Counted from the first letter of the stretch, positions 42,671-55,918 are shown. The stretch: DNA of 64,000 nucleotides from Octopus sinensis (GCF_006345805.1 NC_043014.1:35092001-35156000); one strand, 5' to 3'. Program-made: numbers and translations. Notes: generated from the sequence alone by a model not told the origin.

Positions 42671-43720
42671 TAGTTTTATTTTTATAGCGTGCTTTCACTT
42701 CACTACCGAGCGCAGCTCTGTGTGCCTTGGGTATGTGCTGTGATTTGTTGTGATGCTCTGATGGTTATTGTATGGAAAGTGTTCTGCGTAGGATGTGTGC
42801 AGTGCCTAGTAGTGCAATTTTCTGTATGTTATATGTGTTTGTAAGTCCTGGTGTTTTTGTTATGTATTTGTCTGAATATTTTTTTATCATGCCTAATGCA
42901 CCTACTATGATAGGAATTGTTTCTGTTTTCAGATTCCACCTTCTAGTTACCTCTATTTCCAGGTCTTTGTATTTTGAGAGTTTCTCCATTTCTTTTAGAG
43001 ACGTTGTCATCAGCCGGTATTGATACATCAATTAGAAAGCATTTTTTTTTCTTTTTTTTCCCTTTTTTTTCTTTTTCTTTTTTTCTTTTTTTCTTCTTTT
43101 TTTTCCCTTTTTTTTCTTCTTCATGATCTCTGACAACTATATCTGGTCTGTTGGCCTTAATTTCTCTATCTGTGTGTATCGGCATATCCCAGAGTATGGT
43201 TGCTTTCTCGTTTTCTGTGACCTTTTCTGGTGTGTGCCTATACCATCTTTTTTCTGTTGTTATTCCATAATGTTGGCATAGCTTCCAATGTATGTAGGTT
43301 CCAACTCTGTCATGTCTGTGAATATATTCCTTCTTAGCCAGGACTGGGCAGCTAGAGATAATATGATTTATTGTTTCTTGTCCATCTCCACATATTCTGC
43401 AGTTACTTGTTATATTTCTTTTCATTACATGTTTTTGGTAATTTCTGGTGGGGAGGCTTTGGTCTTGTGCTGCAATTAAAAATCCCTCTGTTTCTGCTTT
43501 GAGTCCTGAGCTTCTCAACCATTGTTGGGATTTTTCTTTGTCTATTTCTTTTGCGTTTAGTTTAGTCCAGTATTTACCATGAAGGGGCTTTTCTTGCCAT
43601 CGTTTTATCATGGTTCGTTGCTGTTCTATTTTTTTGTTTTATAGCTTTTGTTGTTTCTTCATCATCTTCTTCTTCTTCTTCTTCTTCTTCTTCATATTTA
43701 TTAGGTGGTATGATTTGAAC
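42668..43720 (-). mobile_element. 3' fragment of an R4/Dong-like LINE ending in (TAA)n (42508-42667)
   Basis: KPLHGKY, ETEGFLIAAQDQ, CRICG..ETINHIISSC..RHD, RPDIVV, KYKDL; the 3' UTR abuts (AAT)n. Confidence 0.93.
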
Positions 43721-44129
43721 TGAGAGAGCAGAAGACGAAAGAATACCGCAAAGCATTTTTGTCCGCCGTTCTAACTCCTCTGCCAATCTACGTCCTATAC
43801 GGAACACCTAACAACAGTAACAGCAACACCAAAAACTGAATAGGTTATTGTTATTTAGACTCGGATCATGAGTCCTACTTACACGCAAACATTATTAAAA
43901 ACATCACAACTTCTTTCCCAGGGCTGTGTACGTCCAAGACTACATTACCCAACGTGTCGTTCTCATTTTAACAGTGGGATATGATTTGAGAGATATTTGG
44001 TTACTATTTTATGCAGGCCGAATAACCGCACATAGTCCTGGCTCGGCTGATATTTCTAATAGGTCGAGTTACTGCATGCAGACTCTTTCGTTGGTTCGAC
44101 AGTCATTTCTAGCAGGTTCCATGGCTGCG

Positions 44130-44360
44130 TGGCTGCATAGTGCTCCTTTTACTGGATCGGTTGCAATGAGCTCCCTTCATAAGCTCGGCTGCAATGAGCT
44201 CCCTTCAATAGCTCGGTTGCAATGAGTTCCCTTCATTGGCTCGGCTGCAATGAGCTCCCTTCACTAGCTTGGCTGCAATGAGCTCCCTTCATTAGCTTCG
44301 TTGCAATGAGCTCCCTTCATTGGCTCGTCTGCAATGGGCTTCCTTCACTGGCTCGACTGC
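44130..44360. repeat. 28-bp minisatellite, ~8 copies
   Basis: cggytgcaatgagctcccttcatnrgct; starts at 44158 and 44186, and so on. Confidence 0.95.
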
Positions 44361-44937
44361 TCTTTCAAGCAGGACGAAAACAAATAAAGACACCTTTGTT
44401 GGCTTGCCCTACCTACATAGAGTGCGTTTGATGTATTGCGACACGAATTTAGGTTAGTTATTCGGCAGCATTTTAAGAGCAGACAGTTTTAATAAACTAC
44501 CTGACAGCTTCACTGTTATTATGACATATGGTCACAGTTAAAATGCCTTTGTTGATCGCTGTATTTGATCAGAGGCTGACTCAGATTTTAACGAAATAAT
44601 TGTTTAGTGTTATAAATACTGTGACTCCCCCTCCCAATTTGTGTGTCATTTGGATGGCTTTAATAATTATTGTTGAATAAGGATTTTAAAAGTGCCAGCT
44701 GTGTGTACGTATGTGTATATCTATCTTGTCTTCCGTACTTGTTAACATATTGCAAACAAGGGTAGTTATTCACTTGAATACCGAAGAAAATTACTGGGTA
44801 TGTATGGCCCGGTAACGAAAATTGGCTAGGGGGTGCAAAACCATGTAGAAAACTTTTTACGAACAAGGTGGATTTTTCTAGTCTTGGTAGCAAAACAAAC
44901 ACACACACACACATACAAAACGAAAAAGCAGGACAGT

Positions 44938-45349
44938 ATCTATTTCTTTACTCCCCACGAGGGGCTAAACATAGAGAGGATAAACAAGGACAGACAAAGG
45001 GACAGACAAAGTACCAGTGCGAAACTGGTACTTTATTTATCGACCCCGAAAGGATGAAAGGCAAAGTCGACCTCGCCGGAATTTGAACTCAGAACATAAC
45101 GAGAGACGAAATACCTATTTCTTTACTACCCCACAAGGGGCTAAACACAGAGAGGACAAATAAGGACAGACAAACGGATGACGTCTGTTATATCGACCCC
45201 AGTGCGTAACTGGTACTTATTTTATCGACCCCGAAAGGATGAAAGGCAAAGTCGACCTCGGCGGAATTTGAACTCAGAACGTAGCGGCAGACGAAATACT
45301 GCTAAGCATTTCGCCCGGCGTGCTAACATTTCTGCCAGCTTGCCGCCTT
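44938..45349 (-). mobile_element. SINE family B dimer with 18-bp TSD
   Basis: acgaaaaagcaggacagt at 44920-44937 and 45351-45368. Confidence 0.92.
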
Positions 45350-46237
45350 CACGAAAAAGCAGGACAGTGTCGGAAGCATAAGCATGACACAAGTGTTATT
45401 TTATATATACGCAAGAATCCTTTCGATAATACAACAGAATTAGTACAAGATAAAAAACGAAAGTCGTCAATATTTAAGGCCTATACCGCGGCTTTAAGAT
45501 ATGATTAGTAGTAACGCTAAAAGGGAGCTATATCCTAAAGAACTCAGGAGAAAGATAAAAAAAAAAAAACATGGATACAATAAAATAAAGACAGAAAGAA
45601 AGAAAAGATAGAATGAAAAGTGAAAAGGTAAATCGAGGGTCTGAAGTGAATGCTAAGCTGGGGCTGGAGAAAAATAAACCTTTTACTGAGGCAATGGTCA
45701 AGCAGAAAAGAGGATGGATGATAAAAATATTGAATGGTCTTGTGGCACTAAAAAGCGAAGGGAAAGAGACCCACAGACTGAGGAGAGCAGGTAAGAAGAG
45801 AGAAGGAAATATAGACAGGAGGTAGTTGACAGCGATAGATAGAGGAAGAAATGAAGGGTGGTTAAGAGAGAAAGGAAGCAGATATGTAGAGAGAAAGGCA
45901 GATACGGAAGGTTTTGCAAACAAGAGATGAGAGAAGACGAGAGAGAAGGATAGAAAATGGATAGAAAATAGAGACAATGTCGAGCAAATGTTGACCTGTG
46001 TGTGTGGTGCCTCTGAGTATGAACTGAAATGGGTGCGTAGCGTTACATGAACTCATAAGAAGCTTGGAAGCATATATACAATGTTATATATAAGTTAAGA
46101 ATCTTGCTTGCCAACAACATGGTTTCGAGTTTAGTCCCACTGTGTGGCACCTTGGGCAAGTGTCTTTTACTATAGCCTCAGGCCGACAAAAGGCTTGTGA
46201 ATGAATTTGGTAGACGGAAACTGAAAGAAGTCCGTCG

Positions 46238-46273
<36 letters not shown>

Positions 46274-46422
46274 ATATATTGATAAAAACGGTAAAACAAC
46301 AAAAGAAAGAAAGAGACCTCGATATTATGTAAATAGAGGAATTTATCTGTAATTGTAATATGTGACAATTATTCGGTAGCCATGATAAAACTGAGTTTTT
46401 CATAGCATTTTTCCGATCGCCG

Positions 46423-46483
46423 GATAACTGAAGAGATGGCAGCGTGGGTTTCCACCTCGGCATCCGAAACTCGGAGTTTTATC
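46423..46483 (+). ncRNA. Type I minimal hammerhead ribozyme candidate, canonical core
   Basis: GATAA CTGAAGA GATG..GTGG/CCAC..CATCC GAAA CTC-G-GAG TT TTATC; predicted cleavage after 46478. Confidence 0.72.
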
Positions 46484-46525
46484 ATCGCTACCGAATAATT
46501 GTCACATATTGCAATTATATATATA

Positions 46526-46593
<68 letters not shown>

Positions 46594-46595
46594 CA

Positions 46596-47790
46596 CAGGG
46601 TGCGTAAGGTATTTGAGGATAGTTATAAACTTACACAAAAATAACTCTTAGAAACGGACAATAATGGTTTTTTACTGAAAAAGGTTTTGAGGATAAGAAC
46701 AAACATTGTTTCGTCATTTTATTCAAAAAAGTCTCCTTCAGCTTCAATAACGGCTTCCATGCGAAGTCAAGTCTGAATAGCCTACATGCCAGGATCAAGT
46801 GGTCTGTGTTCACATTGGACATTATTCTGACTATGGAGGCTTTTAGGGATTCTTTGGTGTTATGAGGGTGCTCATTAACCTCTTTCTCAACTACGCTCCA
46901 TATACAGTAGTCCATTAGATTGAAATCTGGGGAGCTACGAGACCAAATGTTGGGGGTTAGGTGGTCATGAATATTTTCCGCCATCCATTCCTGCGTTGCT
47001 GTAGACTTGTGTGATGGTGCCGAGTCTTGTTGAAACACGTAAGGTCTTCCGTTGCGTACATTATCGATCCATGGCTTAACCGTTGTATTCAGAACATCTA
47101 TGTAGGCAGTAGAGTTCACTCGAAGACCTTGTGGAAAGAAGTGAGGCATCACATGTCCTTCATTGGTGACGACTCCCAAAACCATGAGAGTTGCGGGAAA
47201 TTTTGTATGCATTACTCTTGGAACCTCAGAAGGGTCTGTACATAGCCATCTGTCATTTCTTCAGTTTACTTTCTGATCTTGATCAAAGTTTTTTCTCGTC
47301 TGAGAAGAACCAAATAACATCTTTCTCCTGCTAAATTTTAAAGTTTGTTCAGGAATCTTTTAGATCTGATTAAGCGATTTTACTTCACAGTTTCTGATAT
47401 GAAATGACCTTTTCTCATCGCATAAGATTTGTATCTGATATCTTCGTGGACATCATTTCGTATTGTTCCCATCTGACACATGGTGTTCTTTTGCAATCAA
47501 CCTCATGGATCTTCTGGGATTATCATCAATGGTCTGCTTTACTTGTTGAATAAATTCTGATGTTCTAATAGCATCAGTGCGTCTACAATGTTTCTTACGT
47601 TTTGATACTGGCGATACATTTCCGTCTTTAGCCTCTACCTCCTTGCGAATTTTGTAGACGAAGGGTCTAGCGACTTTTAAAAATCGTGCTATTTCTAAAT
47701 TGCTATGTTCAGCCTTTATAGCCACGATGACTGAGTGCCTCTTCATTTCTTGTGTGATCATAGGGTCTGCCATTGATAATTATGAAATAT
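46596..47790 (-). mobile_element. Tc1/mariner maT-type (DD37D) transposase pseudogene
   Basis: HTH N-terminus (47453-47773), WFFSDE, QQDSAPSH...SPDFNLMD with 37 residues between the second and third Asp; frameshifted. Confidence 0.9.
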
Positions 47791-48537
47791 AGAAAATATT
47801 ACGTCGATACGTTTATATATTTGTTGTGCAAGATTTTTTATGTGAAGTCGTGTGTTGAAACAGACATTGTTGTATTTTGGAATGGACATTTTGCCAGTTT
47901 AGCCAATAAAAACTCACTGGTGCCAAGCTGTATCGGCCTTTGCCTTTCCCTTGGATAGCATCAGTGGTGTGGAGAGGGGAGGCTGGTATGCGTGGGCGAC
48001 TGCTGGTCTTCCATAAGCAAACATGCCCAGACTTGTGCCTCGGGGGGGGGGTAACTTTCTAGGTTGCTATACCATGGTCATCCATGACCGAAGGGGGTCA
48101 CATGACGAAAGAACTCTGGCCGAAATAAGATTAAGATTCATGTAAAAAATAAATAACACTGAAACAAAATAACACCAAATATATAGTGCGTGTGTTTTTA
48201 TTGGCTAAACTGGCAAAATGACCATTCCGAAATACAACAATGTTGATATGTCAAAAATAACGAGACAGAAAGAAAAAAAACGTGAAGGCTCATGCAAAAA
48301 CGTGGAACGAGAGAAAAGAAAAGAAAAGTTTAAAAAACCTAGAGCTTTGTCCTTTTTTTACAGTAGGAGCCATTAATTAATGTAACTGGTGCCTTTACAG
48401 AAAGGAAAAAGAAAACTCATGTGTTTGCATTTGCTATAAATTCCGGAACTGGAATTCCCTGTTTCTTAAAGTATGAAACTATTAGTGTGGTGGAATGAAC
48501 AAAAATGAGCTCCATCCAGTGAGAAGTTAATATAATT

Positions 48538-48952
48538 GGACCTTTTCGGTTTGAACGGCAGTTTTTAGCATAATTTCTAGGTAACTAAAACATTTTAAAC
48601 TTCGTATACTGGTAGAATGTGTTTATAAAACATCTTTTTCTCTTGGTTTTATTGAGAATATTCTATAGTTTGTAAGATATTTGTTGTTTTTTTCTTCAAT
48701 TTCTGCAATTTCAACCAATCACTGACGTCCATTGAGGTAAACAACATTCTGTGCCGTATGAATATGTCCCTCGTTTAAGAAACAGATTGGGTTTATTTAC
48801 ATTTGTGAAGAAAAAAGATACCCTTCCCCCCACCCCTAACCCTAACCCTAAAATAGATTGAAATGCAATAGATCGATACTAGGGTCATAATTATGGGTGA
48901 CAATTTCATATGACACCGCTAGAAAAAACTGCCGTTCAAACCGAAAAGATCC
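48538..48952. mobile_element. MITE with GG-starting ~29-bp TIRs and 8-bp TSD (Merlin-like)
   Basis: TIR gga(c/t)cttttcggtttgaacggcagttttt; TSD atataatt on both sides; internal (ccctaa)3. Confidence 0.88.
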
Positions 48953-50317
48953 ATATAATTTGATACACACAGGATTTAAAGATGTGTGTTATTTGTATTA
49001 ATATAAATATTAAAGTATCACAAATTTCATAGAAGAGAACACTGCTTTCAATGATACTTGTTTTAGGCAATTCACTGTGACAAAACCAAATATATTCACA
49101 ATTTATGTACAACTTCTATAACAGTGTCGCTATTTTGTAATTCAGATTTTTTTTTCTAAATTAGTGACGAGTTACTTGCTAAATACTATGGGTTATACAC
49201 CGCAATTATATTAACCATACATACATACTGTCTCCCTCTCACACACACATTCACATAATTAAAAGAAAACGGGATTTAAAAATCCAGATATCAATAAAAA
49301 AACTCAGTATTAAAAGAATTTGGTTATAAACGTTCAATAACCAGATACCAGTAAATATAAGGAGAATACACATCGCAGGTAAATCCTCATGTATGACAGG
49401 TAAATCCAACAACCCTTTTGCAGAATTTCGAGAAATTCAGATCATTTAACAACAAAAAAATATGTACAGAGAAAATTATATCTTTATTATAGATACCACC
49501 TTATAAAGCCGAGAATTATTTCTATTGTATTAGAGAGTCTGACGAGCTGTCCACAAGACATTGGCTTTGTGGGTGCGAAACCTTGGGTAACTCTATGTCC
49601 AAGCTATAAAATTCTCTTGTAACAACAGGGGCGAAAATGACTGATATTCTTGATTCCTCTTGATCTGGAAAAAAAAAAGAGAAATGCAATATACTCGCTT
49701 GAAAGCCGTACACCGTAATGACTTTTAAGCTAGACCCCAAAACCAAAGAGAGCTAAATAGCATGACTATAATAGTCTATATTGACTATATAACCCAGTGG
49801 TGTTTGCTCAGAGGTTAAGGACGGATGAGAATTTATTCTGTAATGCAAGCATTCTATTGTTCTAGTGCCAAATTGAATTACAGCTGTTGGCAAATTTGTG
49901 CCAAAATTCTCATCTCTGCGTAAAATTAACGAAGGAAATGTCATTTATCTCCCTCTTGGTCTCTGACATCATCTTACAAACGCCAACTAAAATGGCGTGA
50001 ATCAGCCAAGCTTTACCCCCTAGAAGTAGCAACCCAAATGCTTTTAAATCAGATTCCAATACTAGATGTTCAAGAACCAAATGAAGGGCAGATTTTCAAT
50101 CCCGGGATCATTCTAATTCCAAAAAGTTATAAAGTCTATGTAGAGGAAAAGTAGTCTGAGATACAGGGGTCCTAGACAGACAGAATTTCACTTTTATTAT
50201 AATAGATGAAAAATTATTATAATTAATAAATGGAATGTTTGAACGTCTTTCTAAATTTATGGCAACATCTTATTGTAAAGTTTCCATTAAAATTCGATAA
50301 AATTAATTTAGATGTAA

Positions 50318-50700
50318 TTATATAATACATTTCTTCAATTCACACGTTGAATTACCAATATTGTATGATGGTGCATAACTAATAATGGACCGCTTTAAAC
50401 CATACTTAATTTTCTTATCCTTTAAATCCCAAATGCATTTACTAATATTTGTAGAGTTATTCTTTATACTATACTTAAATGAATGAGATTGATTATGAAA
50501 TCTAGATTTCCAAACTGTAGCAGACGAACCAATATAATAATACTTACGATCTGCAGTTATTACCTTACACTGATATACTATATTTCCCCTTAAACACTGA
50601 TTTTCTAAAGGGCATAGAATTTTGTTTTGATAATTACACTGTGATTTATTCGCTTGCATTCGGTACTCAAAGTTAAAAGAATTTCCACTAGTTCTCCTCT
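50318..50700 (-). mobile_element. GIY-YIG endonuclease fragment of a second Penelope-like lineage
   Basis: CPLENQCLRGNIVYQCKV..YYIGSS..KSRFHNQSHSF..ISKCIWDLK. Confidence 0.8.
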
Positions 50701-51096
50701 GCAAATTAGGTGCTAAAGTGGGATTATTATCATTACAATTAACATTGACGCTAGGTGACATTACAGTTAGGTTATCACCTAGCATTAATATTAATTGTAC
50801 TACTATAAAAACACTACCACAAAAACTAAAAGGAAAAACAGTCCACCAAGAACTATGGATCCAAGCTGATCAAATGTCCACCTCTAAAACCATTGCTTAC
50901 CATCCCATTCAAACCCACGTACCAAAGAAAGATTTTAACTCAACAGAGACTATATAAATCCAATATTAACTTCTGTGCGTCGCAGTCTGATGATGGCTCA
51001 GTTGCCCGAAACATATATATATATATATGTATGTATCTCCAGACACAATAACACACACACGCGCGCACACACATACACACATACATATTTACATGC

Positions 51097-51300
51097 AAGG
51101 GGATGCTGAAAAGTTCCTGGCCTTGGGTAAATAAAAATACAGGAAGATCAGTTAATTAGGATTTTATTCAACACCTTCCTCTCAGATTTACACACTTATT
51201 GAAGCTGACCTTCAATTTTTCTAAGCTCTGTAAAACAACTCAGAAAGTTGGCCTCCAACCAGGCCTTTCGCGACACCCGTAAAACCAGGAAATCTTCAGC
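51097..51300. mobile_element. Mariner-like terminal fragment
   Basis: aaggggatgctgaaaagttcctgg resembles a mariner TIR; no partner TIR found. Confidence 0.4.
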
Positions 51301-51593
51301 CCCCTCTTATATATATATATATATATATATTTTCACGTTCATTATATATAAAAACATTCATTCTTATATATATATATACACAACATGCAGAGATGCAGCA
51401 CGGACTTTGTCAGTGAACAGGTCGCGGATTTTAGCGACAAAAATATTTTGACAAATTAAACTTAAATGTTGAAGTGAATCGAACGGCTTTGGTGTGTTTC
51501 TTAAATGGCTTATAAACACCTTCCACGCTGCAATTGTCTTCGTTTCAGCACACGATCTCAGATCAAATTACTTGCTATGCGAGTACATCTCCG

Positions 51594-51682
<89 letters not shown>

Positions 51683-51781
51683 GTGTTTTTTGCGTTCTTG
51701 TCCCACTTTGTAATTTATATTTTATATTTTATATTTGATTTCTATATATTAAGGCGGCGTAACGTACCCCTATCTCCTATG

Positions 51782-51814
<33 letters not shown>

Positions 51815-51817
51815 TAT

Positions 51818-54800
51818 CCCAATTTCGCCAATCTCTTTCTTGGCTACATTGAGGCCCAAGTGTTCTCCCAGTTCTCTGGGCCGACCCCCGAACTATACGG
51901 TCGCTATATCGACGACTGCGTAGGTGCCACCTCCCTTTCCCGTGAACTTCTCTGCCAATTCATCTCTTTCATTTCCAACTTTCACCCCTCTCTTCAATTC
52001 ACCTCCACCATCTCCAACACCTCTGTCAACTTCCTTGACATCTCTCTCCGCATCGATCACCCCTCCCACTCTCTCACCACCACCGCCTTCTTTAAACCTA
52101 CGGATTCCCACCTCTATCTCAACTTCTCTTCCTCCCACCCCTTCCACACCAAACGAGCCATCCCCTACTCCCAGTTCCTCCGCCTCCGAGTTTGTGCAGC
52201 CGCGACCAGGATTTCGAGACCCAATCTCAATACCTGGCCCGCATGTTCAGACTCCGAGGTTACCCACCATACTCCTCTCTGATGCCCTCACCCGCGCCCA
52301 TCGCATCGACCGCACTACCGCCCTGTCTCCTTCCCCCCGCCCACCCCCCAACCGCACCCCTTCCCCCTCCTTTTCCACCCCTCTACCCTACCCCTTCGTC
52401 GCAAGATACTACGTGCCTTCCGTCGCCTCCAGCTTGATCCCACCACCCGCCCCATTTTCCCTAACCCACCCCTGTCCTCTTTCAAACGAGCCCGCAATCT
52501 GCGTGACCTCCTGGTCCACAGCACCCTCTCTCCTTCCCCCTCAGCCCCACACGGATCATTCCCTTGCTCTAGATCCCGCTGCAACACTTGCCTCTTCATA
52601 ACCAACACCACCGCTGTCACCGGCTCCAACCAGCATACTGTACGCATTAGGCACTCTTTTACGTGCACATCGTCTGGCCTTATTTACTGCATTAAATGCA
52701 ACCTATGCGGGATGCTGTATGTAGGACAGACGGGACGCCGGTTGTCCGACCGTTTCACTGAACACTTGAGGGACGTTCGCCTACACTCTTTTTCTCCCGT
52801 CGCACGCCACTTCCGCTCGACCGGCCATTCCCTAGAGGACATCTCAGTGTTTGGTCTCGCCCCCCACAATGGTCGCCCACTTTCCAGGCTCCACTTGGAG
52901 CAACGCTACATCTTCACCCTACAAACTACCACCCCACACGGACTTAACACAGCCCCCTCCTCTTGAGATCCGCTTTTTTTTTTTTTTTTTCCCCGGATAC
53001 ACCACCCACACATACCCACCCACCTACCTCGCACACGCCTGTTCACACACACACATACGTAGACCCATCTACGTACATACATTCACACATTTAATCACAC
53101 ACACTTATAGACATACATGCACACACTAACATACAAACCAACATGCACATACACACACATACATACACACACATACACACATGCACATACATACATACAC
53201 ACACACATACATACTTGCACACACACACACACAGACATACATACACACATACATACACACATACATACGCATATACATACACACACACTCACACACACAC
53301 ACCGCACGTACATACTTCACACACACACACATGCACACATACATGTAGGCACACACATACATACATACCCACACATGCACACCCTTACACTGAATGCACA
53401 CACACATACACCTTTTTGCATCCAGCAGCCCCCTCTTTTCTGCTTTCCGGTTTTGGCTGATGGATCCTCGGTTCCCGCGTAGCGGGGCGTTCGAGGGCCT
53501 TTGCGCTCGCGCGCCTTGGCGCGCGCTGGGGCTTGGTCGGCCCCTTGGGCTTGCGTTGTACCGCTTGTGCGTTGTGTGCGTGAGCGCGCTTCGTGTGTGT
53601 GGGCTTGCTTCGGATGTGCGCGTGCGTATGTATGCATACATACCCACACACTCGCATGCATCCCTACCCACATACATACACGCACACCTACTCACACACA
53701 CCATACCACACCACACACATACCCGCACACACACACACATACATACATACACACACATACCTACTTCAGACATACACACACACAGACATACACCCATACA
53801 CTCACACTCACACGCATACACACACACACATACACACGCACACGTACACATACACACACACACACCTACATACATACATTACACTTGTACACACACACAC
53901 TTACATTCATACACACACACACCTACACAGCCATACCCTCACTCAGACACACACACCTACCTACACACACACACAAACACACACAGACACACACCCATAC
54001 ATACATACATCTACACACACACGCCTACACACATACATACACACATACATAAACACACACACATACACATACACACACATACACACACATACGCACACAC
54101 ACATATACTTATACACATGCACACACACACACATACATACATACACCCATACACATACACACACACACATACCTACATACTCCTATACGCACATACATAC
54201 ACACAGACATACACACATACACACTCACACAAACATACACACACACATACTTACACACACACTCACCTGCACGCGCACACACATGCATGAAAAACACCCA
54301 TACACTCACACTCACATACGCACACACCAACATAAACACGCACACGCACACACACACCTACACTCCCACACACATACACACGCACCTACATACACACGCA
54401 CCTACATACACACGCACCTACATACACACGCCCACACACCCACATACACACACATATACACACGCCCACACACCTACATACACACACATACATACACACA
54501 CATACACGGACACACCCATACATACTTACATACATACACCTATACATACACGCCTACACACCTACATACACACACATGCATACACACACACACATGTACG
54601 CACATACACACACATATACGCACATACATATATACCCACACACATGCACACACACACACACATACGCACATGCATGCATGCTGCACACGCAGCACACCTA
54701 CACGCATACACACACACACACGCACGTACACATACATACATACACACACACATACATACACCCATACACATACATGCATACTACACACACATACATACAC

Positions 54801-55910
54801 ACTCACACATACATACACACACACACACTCACTCACACACCTGTATGTACGCGCACACACATGCACATACACACACTTCCACACACCCACACTACATACA
54901 TACACACTCATACACATACACACACACACGGACATACATCTATGCACACACATATATACACACATACTCACATACATTCATCGGACACACTGACACCCAG
55001 ACATACACACAGACACACTCACACATCCACACACATACATACTTACGCGCATACTCGCGGGCGCGCGCACACACGCGCTTGCGCCGGTTCGCGCACGCAT
55101 ACGCGCCGCATGCACCTCGCTCTTGGACCCGACGAGACCTCCCGCTCGTTCCTGGGACCGTCGCTTGTCGTTGGGTTTTCCCACGCCCGTCTCCGCGGGA
55201 CCACTCTTCCATCTTCCCCTCAGCTGGAGTCCTTTTTCCTTAGCCCCCCCTTTTTTGTTACACACACGCGCACACATATACACACATTGCTTAAATATAT
55301 ACATTACTCTTACACACATTCAATCTACTCGCCATTAATACTACCACGACACTGGACACACACACACTACTACTCAACACACGCTGGCACGCTACACGCC
55401 CCCACCCCTTCCCCTCCCTCCCTTCCTCCTTCCTTCTTTTTCTTACTTACTACACTGCCATGCCTACCACCACTGTCTCGCCCTACCTCACACGCCTACA
55501 CACGGACGCACACACTAACACATACATATATTTTCTGTTTTTTTATCTCTCCTCACACACACACATACACACACGCACACGCACACACTCACACATACAC
55601 ACACATCTGTTGCGTTACCACCTTGTCTCCACTCTTTTGGCTTTAAAAACCTACTTTGCTCTTGTATCGTAAACTTCCGCCTTTCACCATGTGTAACTCG
55701 TAAACACCAGTCGTTTTTTTTTTTTCTCTATCCCCTGTTGCCCGTTTGGGATCTTTCTTTTCTCCTCTCTTCTTCCTTCTTTATGTTTCCGACGAAGAGC
55801 TCCGCTCGAAACGTCATACCTTCCTGCTTCCATTTCCTGAGCGCCTATTAATAATATACTGTAATTGTTCCATTGTTGTTGTTTTTTTGTTTTCCCGTTT
55901 GGATTAAAAT
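51818..55910 (+). mobile_element. Penelope-like (Neptune-like) retroelement: RT/GIY-YIG remnant 51818-52966, ~2.6-kb (CA/TACA) 3' region, hammerhead-bearing terminus
   Basis: RYIDD, VNFLDI, FKPTDSHLYLNFSSSHP, PCSRSRCNTC, LIYCIKC..LYVGQT..RFTEH; motif CCGACGA A GAGC TCC GCTC GAAA CG TC at 55789; (TA)n on both sides. Continuity across the microsatellite is inferred. Confidence 0.85.
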
Positions 55911-55918
55911 TATATATA

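Noticed and set aside
43042-43120. Poly-Lys insert in the LINE endonuclease
   Set aside because: Imperfect T-run expansion or sequencing error; the second copy (~60180) lacks it.
44130-44360. CRISPR-like periodicity
   Set aside because: Contiguous tandem units with no spacers, no cas genes and a eukaryotic context.
48833-48851. Interstitial telomere or fusion site
   Set aside because: Only three units, inside a TIR element.
49522-49680. Minus-strand acceptor-like site with a short ORF
   Set aside because: No recognisable protein or partner exons.
53593-55646. Long His/Thr/Tyr-rich ORFs (up to 466 aa), and similar YIYI/CVCV ORFs across the window
   Set aside because: Translations of stop-free microsatellites, not proteins.
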